From the sequence record NC_054918.1: DNA of 64,000 nt; one strand, given 5' to 3'. Numbering within the stretch: position 1 is the first letter of the stretch; each line of letters opens with the position of its first letter. Source of the stretch: Escherichia phage vB_EcoM_G4498. Position numbers and translations under genes: made by a program. Positions 17,916-26,054 of this stretch are shown here, piece by piece. The notes under the pieces were generated by a model. The model was not told where the DNA came from. It was given only the letters and a program-made list of their open reading frames with translations, and did not search any database.

Positions 17916-18542
17916 TTAACCTCTATTCATAAAAGCATTAAAAATTTGGTCATCAATAGAAACATTCACTTTAGACTGTTTTTCTGATGGTAATTCATAT
18001 CCACATATTACAATTTTATGATCAATATCAAAATACACAGAAGCAATATGATTAATGATGTTTTCAGTAAAGTCTAAATCAACATCAATATCTTTTTGAC
18101 CACAGCCCAAAGGATAAATAATGCGAGTAATTCGATTATCTTTAACAAAGATTCCACCGATATACTCTGTGCTGCGTTCAAAGTCTACACGCCGACGAAA
18201 TGAAAAATATTCAGGCTCTTTATGAGCTCGGCTCATAGGACACAACGAGTAACTAGAATAAGAGATGTCAAATCCTACGCCTTCAATATGAGCCAAATTA
18301 TCATGATTAAACCAATTATAATCGTACGCCAAGTCCATTAGATTATAATATGTGAAAGGCACCGGATTAACATCACTAGTCGCAAGCATGTAATTAGCAA
18401 CTGCTATAATTTCGTTGTTTTTAACGAATACAAACCGCGATTGATGCGAATGACCTGGACCTGCGTTTTCACGATTAATGATATAACACTGGGCACCTTT
18501 ATATTTGTACGTGTCTTTGCACTTGTGCATTTGATAAAGCAT
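17916..18542 (-). CDS. adfA: gp61.2-position protein, 208 aa (family reported as AdfA, anti-DarTG)
   Basis: Position between 61.1 and sp and size. The assignment to the AdfA family is from memory of the literature, not from alignment. Confidence 0.5.
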   Translation of the reverse strand: MLYQMHKCKDTYKYKGAQCYIINRENAGPGHSHQSRFVFVKNNEIIAVANYMLATSDVNPVPFTYYNLMDLAYDYNWFNHDNLAHIEGVGFDISYSSYSLCPMSRAHKEPEYFSFRRRVDFERSTEYIGGIFVKDNRITRIIYPLGCGQKDIDVDLDFTENIINHIASVYFDIDHKIVICGYELPSEKQSKVNVSIDDQIFNAFMNRG

Positions 18543-18835
18543 TATTCACCTACCACTTCAGCGATGATATTTTTATTATTGAAGTTTTTATCACAATACA
18601 GAACGTAATTATACTGCATTACACCACCAGACTTAAGCTGTTTTTGTACTTCAGCTTTCATTTCAGGGCGATCACGCTCAACGATATTCATAATATCTGC
18701 TTCAATCTGAGTTTCAACCTCAGTCTGATCTGCGGTCATAGACCATTCACACAAATCTTTATCATAACCTGCCATAGCAGGCTGAGCAGCACAAGAAGCC
18801 AAAGCAAAAATTGCAGCAAAAACAAATTTTTTCAT
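18542..18835 (-). CDS. sp: Spackle periplasmic superinfection-exclusion protein, 97 aa
   Basis: Signal peptide MKKFVFAAIFALASCAAQPAMA. The sequence matches my memory of T4 Sp. Confidence 0.9.
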   Translation of the reverse strand: MKKFVFAAIFALASCAAQPAMAGYDKDLCEWSMTADQTEVETQIEADIMNIVERDRPEMKAEVQKQLKSGGVMQYNYVLYCDKNFNNKNIIAEVVGE

Positions 18836-18863
18836 GATAATCTCCTCAGTAGTTTATGTTTAT

Positions 18864-18893
18864 ATAGTATCTCAATTTCCAACAAAAGTAAAC
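18864..18893 (-). promoter_or_regulatory. early promoter
   Basis: GTTTAC-N18-TACTAT upstream of sp. Confidence 0.65.
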
Positions 18894-19147
18894 TATTTTA
18901 TTTCCTCAAGTTCGTTAATCAATAAAAGTTCTCTGACGCTAAAAACAAAGAAAAATGTGTTCCCATCAACCAGAGCATGACCGCTAATAGAACACCCTCT
19001 GCGGAATTTAGAAACTTCACAATCTAGAACTGTAAAGGGTTTTAATCCTATGACTTTAGCTATGCGTCTATTCAGTTCACAACCACTTGCGAATTTTTCC
19101 AAATCTTCTTCTGATTTAAACTGATATTCTCTATTAACTAGCATCAT
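18893..19147 (-). CDS. GoF-like small protein, 84 aa
   Basis: VNREYQFKSEEDLEKF...RRIAKVIGLKPFTVLD aligns with [16 protein letters not shown]...[13 protein letters not shown] of the goF product. It has its own early promoter at 19179-19208. Confidence 0.65.
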   Translation of the reverse strand: MMLVNREYQFKSEEDLEKFASGCELNRRIAKVIGLKPFTVLDCEVSKFRRGCSISGHALVDGNTFFFVFSVRELLLINELEEIK

Positions 19148-19178
19148 TTTCTTTTCTCCGCGATTAGCTGATAGAATT

Positions 19179-19208
19179 ACTATAACACAACTCTATCAGC
19201 TTGTAAAC
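19179..19208 (-). promoter_or_regulatory. early promoter
   Basis: GTTTAC-N18-TATAGT upstream of the GoF-like ORF. Near-duplicate of 19667-19696. Confidence 0.65.
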
Positions 19209-19210
19209 TA

Positions 19211-19453
19211 CTATTTTACTAGCATCAATAACTGTTTCTCTAACTTGACGATTTTACGAAAGTATCTTTTGCATTGGCGAATCTGCCGCTTCGTAGGGCG
19301 CACAGCAAACTTAATAAATTCAACTCGACCAAATGGAGGACTTTCTTCTGCTGGAATATCTAACACCAATTCCCACGTATCTGCAATAAGTGCTTTGAAT
19401 TGAGTATTTTTCCTGACATTATACGGAGTAGGTTTAAATAAAACAATGTGCAT
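19211..19453 (-). CDS. small basic protein, 80 aa, translationally coupled to dmd (61.4/TifA-position candidate)
   Basis: ATG at 19451-19453 after GAGGA, 1 nt past the dmd stop. Basic C-terminus RPTKRQIRQCKRYFRKIVK. Confidence 0.55.
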   Translation of the reverse strand: MHIVLFKPTPYNVRKNTQFKALIADTWELVLDIPAEESPPFGRVEFIKFAVRPTKRQIRQCKRYFRKIVKLEKQLLMLVK

Positions 19454-19454
19454 A

Positions 19455-19637
19455 TTATCCTCGGCAATCCACTTCGCATACTTTCTTGTCATCAATGAAA
19501 GCTTTAACTAATGCTTTATTAACTTCAGCATATTGAGTAGTAGCCCATTGAACGTCGTCTTTCATCATTGTGATTTCTTTAGTAAACATGCTTTCATTCT
19601 TAAACCACCCCATAAAAACTACCTTTACCAATTCCAT
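19455..19637 (-). CDS. dmd: Dmd antitoxin (inhibitor of RnlA/LsoA), 60 aa
   Basis: MELVKVVFMGWFKNESMFTKEITMMKDDVQW... matches T4 Dmd in size and position. Confidence 0.85.
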   Translation of the reverse strand: MELVKVVFMGWFKNESMFTKEITMMKDDVQWATTQYAEVNKALVKAFIDDKKVCEVDCRG

Positions 19638-19666
19638 AACAATCTCCTCATTTAACCAACAAGACT

Positions 19667-19696
19667 ACTATACCATAGTCCTGTCAGCTTGTAAAC
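19667..19696 (-). promoter_or_regulatory. early promoter
   Basis: GTTTAC-N18-TATAGT upstream of dmd. Confidence 0.65.
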
Positions 19697-21123
19697 TAAA
19701 ATTTTAATTCATTTGCCAAAGCATCTAACTGGGCTCGAGTAGATTCGTTTCTTTGATAGCGATTCTGCTCAGCCTGAATCTGCTGTGAACCTGCTACTTC
19801 GTTAACTTCAGTTGGAGTAGAATCTTGCTCAATTTCTACCCATTTTTGATTTCCTTTTTGAACACCCATCAAAAACTTATTCCATTTATTCTTATCACCA
19901 TATCGTGATTTGATTTGCTTAATGAGTTGTTGTTCAGCAGCTGCTAACTCCTCGGTTTCAATGACCGCAAGCATAAAATCAGCTGTTGCTGGAAGACCAG
20001 CAGATTCTGCAATATCGCTCATGTTAACATCAGAAGAATCCCAAGCTTGTTTACCAACCTGCGCTGCAGTCCAAAGAACAGTTTCGGTTTCAACAGCCAG
20101 AGCACGCAATTCCTCTGCAATAGCTTTAACAGTTGTGTAACTATTTTCTGAATAAACTCTAATGCGGCAAGATTTACAAATACCTAGATAGTCGACAATA
20201 ATGATTGTTGGAACAAAATTCTTCTTGAGCTTCAATTCGTTTAAAAGTGATCGAAATGTATTAGCATCTGCTCCACCGGTAGGATACTGTTTAACGATTA
20301 AACGACCGAGAGTAGATTTCTCACGCCATTTTTCCATTTTTCCTTTATACTCAGCGTAAGAAATATGCCCATCATCAATGTCATCAAGAGAAACATCAAG
20401 CATATTAGCATCAATACGCTTAGCACAGACTTCTTCTGCCATTTCCATGGAAATGTAAAGAACGTTATGACCAAGCTGCAAATAATCTGCTGCCAATGAA
20501 CACAATCCTAATGACTTACCAACGTTAACGCCAGCCATTAAAACGTTCAGTGTTCCAGTCTCAGCTCCGCCTTTAGTAATTTTGTTTAGAATTCTGAGTT
20601 TAAATGGAACCTTACGAGCTTTATTCATATAAGATAGCCAACGCGCTTCGTAGTCATCCATCCAGTCATGACCAACGTAGCTATCAAATGAAATTGATAA
20701 TGCTTGCCGCATGATGTCAGGAATAGCACCAACATCCGGCATTTTCTTATTTCGTTTTTCCGGAGGAAGCTCAGCATTAGTTTGAATTTCGATTATTTTA
20801 GACGTAGCATTAAACATCGCCCTTTGCTGAACATATTTTTCTGTTTCTTTTACTAACCAGCTGTGGTCTTCCGGAGAATCAGCCAGTTTTGAAATAAGTG
20901 TTTTTACACCAGAATATTCTGTTTCAGTAAATGAACTATTTTCTAATGCAACATTTAACGCATTAATAGATGGAACGCTATGATACTCATTAACATGAGA
21001 TTTAATTAATTTGAATGTATTTTTAGCTGGACCACTTTCAAAATATTCTGAATCCATATATGGCCAAACTTTTGAAAAATAAGCTTGATCAAATATGAGA
21101 TGAGAAAGAATAATTTCTACCAC
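19696..21123 (-). CDS. 41: replicative DNA helicase gp41, 475 aa
   Basis: DnaB-family Walker A GVNVGKS. Matches T4 gp41. Confidence 0.95.
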   Translation of the reverse strand: MVEIILSHLIFDQAYFSKVWPYMDSEYFESGPAKNTFKLIKSHVNEYHSVPSINALNVALENSSFTETEYSGVKTLISKLADSPEDHSWLVKETEKYVQQRAMFNATSKIIEIQTNAELPPEKRNKKMPDVGAIPDIMRQALSISFDSYVGHDWMDDYEARWLSYMNKARKVPFKLRILNKITKGGAETGTLNVLMAGVNVGKSLGLCSLAADYLQLGHNVLYISMEMAEEVCAKRIDANMLDVSLDDIDDGHISYAEYKGKMEKWREKSTLGRLIVKQYPTGGADANTFRSLLNELKLKKNFVPTIIIVDYLGICKSCRIRVYSENSYTTVKAIAEELRALAVETETVLWTAAQVGKQAWDSSDVNMSDIAESAGLPATADFMLAVIETEELAAAEQQLIKQIKSRYGDKNKWNKFLMGVQKGNQKWVEIEQDSTPTEVNEVAGSQQIQAEQNRYQRNESTRAQLDALANELKF

Positions 21124-21132
21124 ACTTACTCC

Positions 21133-21483
21133 TTAAAAGAATTTAAATTTTTTCTTTGACCTTTTATTAAATGCATCTTGTAGTTGCATTGTAATACATT
21201 TTTCTACATGAGGAGCTAACTCAGCTTTTCTTTCTTGGTCAAGAACAGCAAAGTCCATTACAACCTTTCCATCAACCCAATCCAGTTTAGTTACATACAC
21301 TATATGTGTAGAACCATCTTCTAGTTTAATGACAATCTCCTGGATAACATTTTCCATAGCGGATTTAATTATCTTAAGAGACTCATTAAAAAGACGTTCT
21401 TTTCTTTCTTCTTCCCCCTCCGAAGAGGGGGATTCATCGATAATTTCTAGATCTAAATCTAAATCTAAATCATCTTTATTCAT
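21133..21483 (-). CDS. 40: gp40 head-vertex assembly chaperone, 116 aa
   Basis: Position between uvsX and 41. The ATG at 21481-21483 overlaps the last uvsX codons. Confidence 0.7.
   Translation of the reverse strand: MNKDDLDLDLDLEIIDESPSSEGEEERKERLFNESLKIIKSAMENVIQEIVIKLEDGSTHIVYVTKLDWVDGKVVMDFAVLDQERKAELAPHVEKCITMQLQDAFNKRSKKKFKFF
21414..21431 (-). other. 7-bp GC-rich UUCG hairpin inside the gene 40 coding sequence
   Basis: Minus strand CCCCCUC-UUCG-GAGGGGG, encoding SPSSEGE, about 45 nt downstream of the uvsX stop. Confidence 0.6.
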
Positions 21484-22657
21484 TAAATTCTTCCATATCA
21501 CTTAACTGTTCGAGGTCAGTTTCTAAATCAGCAGCTGATTTACTTTTACTTTCTGGAGATTTAAATTTTTCAACCTTTGAGTTAATCAATTCATCAACTT
21601 CAGCTTCAACAATTTCATTGCTATCAATAGCACCTAACTGATAAGCACGTTTAATAGCATCTCGGAATGGTTGATGCTTAAATAAAGGACCCCAGAATGT
21701 AGTGCAGTTGGTATCTTTTGCACGCCAAGATTTTTCTTCGCGAATCATCTCACCGGTTTCTTCATCAAGAAATTCACGAGCATACCAACCGTTCTTAGGT
21801 TTTACCACGAATCCTAATTCTAGAGCCATATCTAACAATCCAGAATAAGGATCGATACCACCGTCAAATTTAACATCAATAAAGAATTTACTTTTTTCTT
21901 TAACGGTACGAGATTTTTCTACATTTAGAACAAATTGATACCCCTGAAGATCAGAACCATCTTTAATCTGGCGCTTACCGATAATGAATACGGTATCAGC
22001 TGAATACATTACGCCTGTACCACCTGTCATCACGGTTTTACTAAACATTTCAATTGTTTCAATTGTATGGTTAACCGCAACGCACGGAATATTTTTAATG
22101 CTAAAATAAGGAGTAACAATACGGAATAATGACTTCAGTGATTTAGCACGAGTCATATCTGCCACAGATTTTTCATTCAAGGCATCTTCCGTTTCTTTCT
22201 TAGAAGCCATATTACCGATTGAGTCGATGAATACAATAACCTTTTCACCACGCTCAATAGCTTCAAGCTGGTTCACCATATCAATTTTCAGTTGTTCAAC
22301 TGACTGAATCGGCGTATGAATTACTCGTTCCGGGTCAACTCCCATGGATCGCAAATAAGCTGGAGTAATACCAAATTCACTATCATAGAATAGACAAACC
22401 GCGTCAGGATATTTGTTCAAATATGCCGCAACCATAGTCAAAGACATATTTGATTTAAAGTGTTTAGAAGGCCCTGCGAAAATAGTTAAACCAGACTGCA
22501 TACCGCCATCAATCGCACCAGAAATAGCAATATTAAGCATTGGAATTTTTGTACGAATTACATCCTTTTCATTAAAGAATTTAGATGTAGTCAGTTCAGC
22601 AGTCATTTTAGAAGTGGAAGCTTTAATCAAACGGGATTTTAAATCTGCAATAGACAT
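21476..22657 (-). CDS. uvsX: UvsX recombinase (RecA/Rad51 family), 393 aa
   Basis: Near-identical to my memory of T4 UvsX (GPSKHFKS Walker A and the acidic C-terminus). Confidence 0.95.
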   Translation of the reverse strand: MSIADLKSRLIKASTSKMTAELTTSKFFNEKDVIRTKIPMLNIAISGAIDGGMQSGLTIFAGPSKHFKSNMSLTMVAAYLNKYPDAVCLFYDSEFGITPAYLRSMGVDPERVIHTPIQSVEQLKIDMVNQLEAIERGEKVIVFIDSIGNMASKKETEDALNEKSVADMTRAKSLKSLFRIVTPYFSIKNIPCVAVNHTIETIEMFSKTVMTGGTGVMYSADTVFIIGKRQIKDGSDLQGYQFVLNVEKSRTVKEKSKFFIDVKFDGGIDPYSGLLDMALELGFVVKPKNGWYAREFLDEETGEMIREEKSWRAKDTNCTTFWGPLFKHQPFRDAIKRAYQLGAIDSNEIVEAEVDELINSKVEKFKSPESKSKSAADLETDLEQLSDMEEFNE

Positions 22658-22711
22658 TCATTTTTTTCCATAGGCATCATTATATTTTCCTCACTGGTTA
22701 AAGATAGAGTA

Positions 22712-22737
22712 ATTATAACACAATAAATTTAGGCATT
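22712..22737 (-). promoter_or_regulatory. probable middle promoter for uvsX
   Basis: AATGCCTAA (one mismatch), 11 nt, TGTTATAAT extended -10. T4 has a well-known PuvsX middle promoter at this position. Confidence 0.5.
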
Positions 22738-23578
22738 AATCAACTGCTATTGGATGAATAGCATTAAACTTATGAAATGCTTCTGATTTTTCTTTACGCG
22801 AAACGCACATGCGAAGAACCTTTAATGGCTCGTCTTCTTCACCCAACGATTTTCGTTTTTCAATATTAGAAGTTTTCCAACGAGCTTGCTCTGGAAACTC
22901 TCTATTGATTTGCTCAAGCGCTCTATTATGTTTAGAATTACTACGAATTGAACTGCACCCTCCAGGAGCTTGTGCTTTTCCAGATACAACCAGATATTTG
23001 AACAAGGCCAAATGCGGATAACCTTGATTAATTAAATTGAGAAATGCATACATATCTTCGCACAAATCAATTTTTCCATACCCAATTTGTTCTGTCGTAA
23101 GTTTTCCAAGGTCATACCATGTATTCGTGAATCCATATGAATTTTCACGATAATTACCCCAAGATGAAGTAATTTTAAAAATTGGTAGGCGAGCATGACC
23201 GTGATAATACCCACAATCCATGGCATCTTCGACGTATTGAATCAATTCATAGAACTGTTCACGAGTCAATTGATTGACTTTATCCACACAACGACGATCA
23301 TCTCTTTTTCGCATTGAACTCATACGAATAGTAGTATCATCGTCAATCATCCAGATTCGTTGACCTGCATACATATCAGTAATTGCTTTACGAGTACCGG
23401 CAATTCCATTAACATCATCAGGAATAGTTACAATTTTAGCTTTAGACCCATAGGCATCATAATAAGCTTTTTCTTCATGTTCACGTACTACGATATGAGG
23501 TTCATAATCAGTCGGAAACATATCAAGGGCAGAAACTGCCCCTACACGTTGATAGCTCGGAATTACGAATTGAATCAT
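22736..23578 (-). CDS. GT-A-like glycosyltransferase, probable beta-1,6-glucosyl-HMC-alpha-glucose transferase (beta-alpha-gt) of T2/T6 type, 280 aa
   Basis: DxD motif IWMIDDDTTI. Sits where T4 has beta-gt but is unrelated to my memory of the T4 beta-gt sequence. Confidence 0.65.
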   Translation of the reverse strand: MIQFVIPSYQRVGAVSALDMFPTDYEPHIVVREHEEKAYYDAYGSKAKIVTIPDDVNGIAGTRKAITDMYAGQRIWMIDDDTTIRMSSMRKRDDRRCVDKVNQLTREQFYELIQYVEDAMDCGYYHGHARLPIFKITSSWGNYRENSYGFTNTWYDLGKLTTEQIGYGKIDLCEDMYAFLNLINQGYPHLALFKYLVVSGKAQAPGGCSSIRSNSKHNRALEQINREFPEQARWKTSNIEKRKSLGEEDEPLKVLRMCVSRKEKSEAFHKFNAIHPIAVD

Positions 23579-24216
23579 TTAAGTGCCTTACATTTGTCAA
23601 AATGGTATCTTGTCATATTTGGCCCACGTCCTTTTAGTCCGCAATGCGGACATATTTTTTCTATCAAATTATGAGGTTTTCCTTTACGATTTTTAGACAT
23701 CGTTTCTTTAATTATTTTAGCTTTTTCTACGCCAAAAATTTCTTCATAAGTTTTACCAGAATTTTCCTTGGCTCGATTTATAATTCCATATGCCTGCTCA
23801 TTTTTACCATACATTGGATTACCTTCGCCTTTCATTCTTTTAGAATGATCAGGACGCTTGATTCCACGAAAGGCATTTCCGCACTTATATCTTTCTTCTG
23901 GAGATAGTTTTTTACCGTACATTCCATTTAATTTGCCTGGAAAACTTCCTCCCCATGCTTCATTCTTTAAATTATATGAATCCGGACAATTAGCAGCATC
24001 TAAACAAGTTAAAATAATTTCTTCAACCTGTCTAAACATTGGTCCTTCATATAATATTTCTTTATTAAAGGATTTTATTCCATATTTCTTTTTAGCATGT
24101 TGCCAAACTACACCCGAACCATCATAATTCGGGTTGTGACCATCATGACTTCCTATATACCACTTTTTAGTTTTAGGATGTTTATACTTATAAACATGCG
24201 GCACATTTACTTCCAT
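23575..24216 (-). CDS. free-standing GIY-YIG (Seg-like) homing endonuclease, 213 aa
   Basis: VYKYKH-x6-KWYIGS GIY-YIG motif. NUMOD3-like repeats. C-terminal CPHCG...NMTRYHFDKC zinc finger. Confidence 0.8.
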   Translation of the reverse strand: MEVNVPHVYKYKHPKTKKWYIGSHDGHNPNYDGSGVVWQHAKKKYGIKSFNKEILYEGPMFRQVEEIILTCLDAANCPDSYNLKNEAWGGSFPGKLNGMYGKKLSPEERYKCGNAFRGIKRPDHSKRMKGEGNPMYGKNEQAYGIINRAKENSGKTYEEIFGVEKAKIIKETMSKNRKGKPHNLIEKICPHCGLKGRGPNMTRYHFDKCKALK

Positions 24217-24947
24217 TTTCCAGTATAATCCTTTTTAGCAATATGAGTCTCACCGGTGTTCCACCAATGGTCAACTAAATAAAACTGATTTTCGTACACA
24301 TGAAGACTTCCAACGTTCCATATAATAGAACCTGCTTTATATTGCCGCGATGGGTCGCCTGCATTCAAATCAGATACTAATTTATCTAGTACGTATTTTT
24401 GCCAAGCATAATCATTACGATAGCCTGCCCAGCAATCATTGCTTCTCATGCTAACAACCGCATTGACTTTCTTATCACGAATCAGGTACTGTACTGTATT
24501 AGTACACATGAAATCTGACATACCATCTTTATTGTAGTCAAATTGCATGGATGGACGAGTATAAATCATGATACCACGCCGAGAATCAGGATTTTGACCA
24601 AGTTCAGCTAAACACATATCATACTGGGCATAGTTATCTTCTGACCAAATAGCCCAACCATAATTCGAGTTAATTTCGCCTTTAGAAGATGCTACCTGCT
24701 GCCAAATCTTTGGTGTTTCACCTGGAATATCTTTAACAAACAAGCTCTTAGATTTATACCATTCAAGTTCACGCTGAATGTATTCATCATTAAGAGCGCC
24801 AAAAATAAACGGTTCATCTGCTACAAATGATGCGCCAATAATTTCAATAGTTTTAACACCAGTTTTATCAACTACGAAATCTTTTTCTTTTAATGCAAGC
24901 CCCAAATGAAGACGGATTTCTTCAACTGTCATAGAGTCACTAATCAT
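24207..24947 (-). CDS. 42: dCMP hydroxymethylase gp42, 246 aa
   Basis: Thymidylate-synthase-like sequence. Matches T4 gp42 in size and position. Confidence 0.95.
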   Translation of the reverse strand: MISDSMTVEEIRLHLGLALKEKDFVVDKTGVKTIEIIGASFVADEPFIFGALNDEYIQRELEWYKSKSLFVKDIPGETPKIWQQVASSKGEINSNYGWAIWSEDNYAQYDMCLAELGQNPDSRRGIMIYTRPSMQFDYNKDGMSDFMCTNTVQYLIRDKKVNAVVSMRSNDCWAGYRNDYAWQKYVLDKLVSDLNAGDPSRQYKAGSIIWNVGSLHVYENQFYLVDHWWNTGETHIAKKDYTGKWK

Positions 24948-24954
24948 TTAAACC

Positions 24955-25104
24955 TCAATTGATACATTCATATTTAACTTGTAACAGTAATAAACCCCAA
25001 CCTAAAATAATAGTTGGAATCATAAGAGGAACCGTTACACTATAGTATATACTTATTATAATCATCAAGATTAAAAGCAACACTGTTATAATTTTGCTTT
25101 TCAT
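24955..25104 (-). CDS. small membrane protein, 49 aa (not in the ORF track)
   Basis: My own translation: MKSKIITVLLLILMIIISIYYSVTVPLMIPTIILGWGLLLLQVKYECIN. ATGA overlap with the imm stop. Confidence 0.5.
   Translation of the reverse strand: MKSKIITVLLLILMIIISIYYSVTVPLMIPTIILGWGLLLLQVKYECIN
25055..25080 (-). promoter_or_regulatory. possible middle promoter for gene 42
   Basis: TTGCTTTTA, 12 nt, TATAAT. Lies inside the 49-aa ORF. Confidence 0.4.
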
Positions 25105-25352
25105 TCCTTCTCTCTGATGATAATTACCTGGTTTGGTTGTGCAGACTTTTTAGTTTCACCCGCAATTGACCAAATAAATGTAATAAACCAACCAATAATT
25201 GACCAGTTAAACAGTAAAGACGTGAAAAAGATTCCTACTGTCGATTTTGACCCACGCATCAAAGCAATAAACCATGGAAGCATGTATATAATAATAGCCA
25301 ACACGCCTGAAACTAAAACCATAAAAATTGAACCTGCTACTAAAGTTTCCAT
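25101..25352 (-). CDS. imm: Imm superinfection-immunity membrane protein, 83 aa
   Basis: Two-TM 83-aa protein. Size and position match T4 Imm. Confidence 0.85.
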   Translation of the reverse strand: METLVAGSIFMVLVSGVLAIIIYMLPWFIALMRGSKSTVGIFFTSLLFNWSIIGWFITFIWSIAGETKKSAQPNQVIIIREKE

Positions 25353-25359
25353 GTTTTCC

Positions 25360-25740
25360 TCACTTAGTCAAATTTTTTACACATGAATTATAAGAATTCA
25401 CTACATACTCCATCGGAGCATTTTTACCAGTACGCCATTGGTAATTATTAGCCCAATTAGCCCAAATTTCGGCGCAGTAGTTTTCAATTTTTTCTTCGTG
25501 TGTAATTACATCAGAATTACGATATGCTTGAGCAGATTCATCTGGACGAATAGCTTCGTCAAAATTCGCCTGCATTTGTTCGACTGTTTGCTTTGGAGCT
25601 TCTTTATAACACTTGACATTAGGATTATAAAATTTGCTTGAACAGTTTACAATTTTTCCTGCATCAGACTGATTTACTACCGGTCCTTGAGCTACACAAC
25701 CAGTAAGACCTAATGCAATAACCAAAATAGCGATTTTCAT
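25360..25740 (-). CDS. predicted lipoprotein (imm.1 position), 126 aa
   Basis: Lipobox LGLTGC after the signal peptide. Confidence 0.65.
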   Translation of the reverse strand: MKIAILVIALGLTGCVAQGPVVNQSDAGKIVNCSSKFYNPNVKCYKEAPKQTVEQMQANFDEAIRPDESAQAYRNSDVITHEEKIENYCAEIWANWANNYQWRTGKNAPMEYVVNSYNSCVKNLTK

Positions 25741-25750
25741 AATAATTTCC

Positions 25751-25987
25751 TCAAATGCAAGTAGTAATTACTCCAGTAGTGCTTATGCAGGTATTACCCA
25801 TTTGCACACCTAAAGATCCATTTGTATTCACATGAAGATTATCATCAATTTTAACTGATATTTTACCATTAGTGTGAATAACAGTGCTAGATTCAATCAC
25901 AGGTTGAGTATCATTTTCAACACTAACAAATGGAACTGCTGCTAATGCAACTAAACAAACTGCTAAGCATCCCATAACAATTTTCAT
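25751..25987 (-). CDS. small secreted/membrane-anchored protein, 78 aa
   Basis: Start moved to the ATG at 25985-25987 (MKIVMGCLAVCLVALAA...). The upstream track codons are the promoter/leader cassette. Confidence 0.6.
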   Translation of the reverse strand: MKIVMGCLAVCLVALAAVPFVSVENDTQPVIESSTVIHTNGKISVKIDDNLHVNTNGSLGVQMGNTCISTTGVITTCI

Positions 25988-26054
25988 TTTATTCTCCAAA
26001 TCCGTATCAGTAGTTGATAGTTGTATAGTACCATGGAAGAACATTCTTGTAAAC
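25985..26054 (-). repeat. promoter/leader cassette copy B
   Basis: Minus strand GGTACTATACAACTATCAACTACTGATACGGATTTGGAGAATAAAATGAAA. Confidence 0.75.
26025..26054 (-). promoter_or_regulatory. early promoter
   Basis: GTTTAC-N18-TACTAT. Part of leader cassette copy B. Confidence 0.65.
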
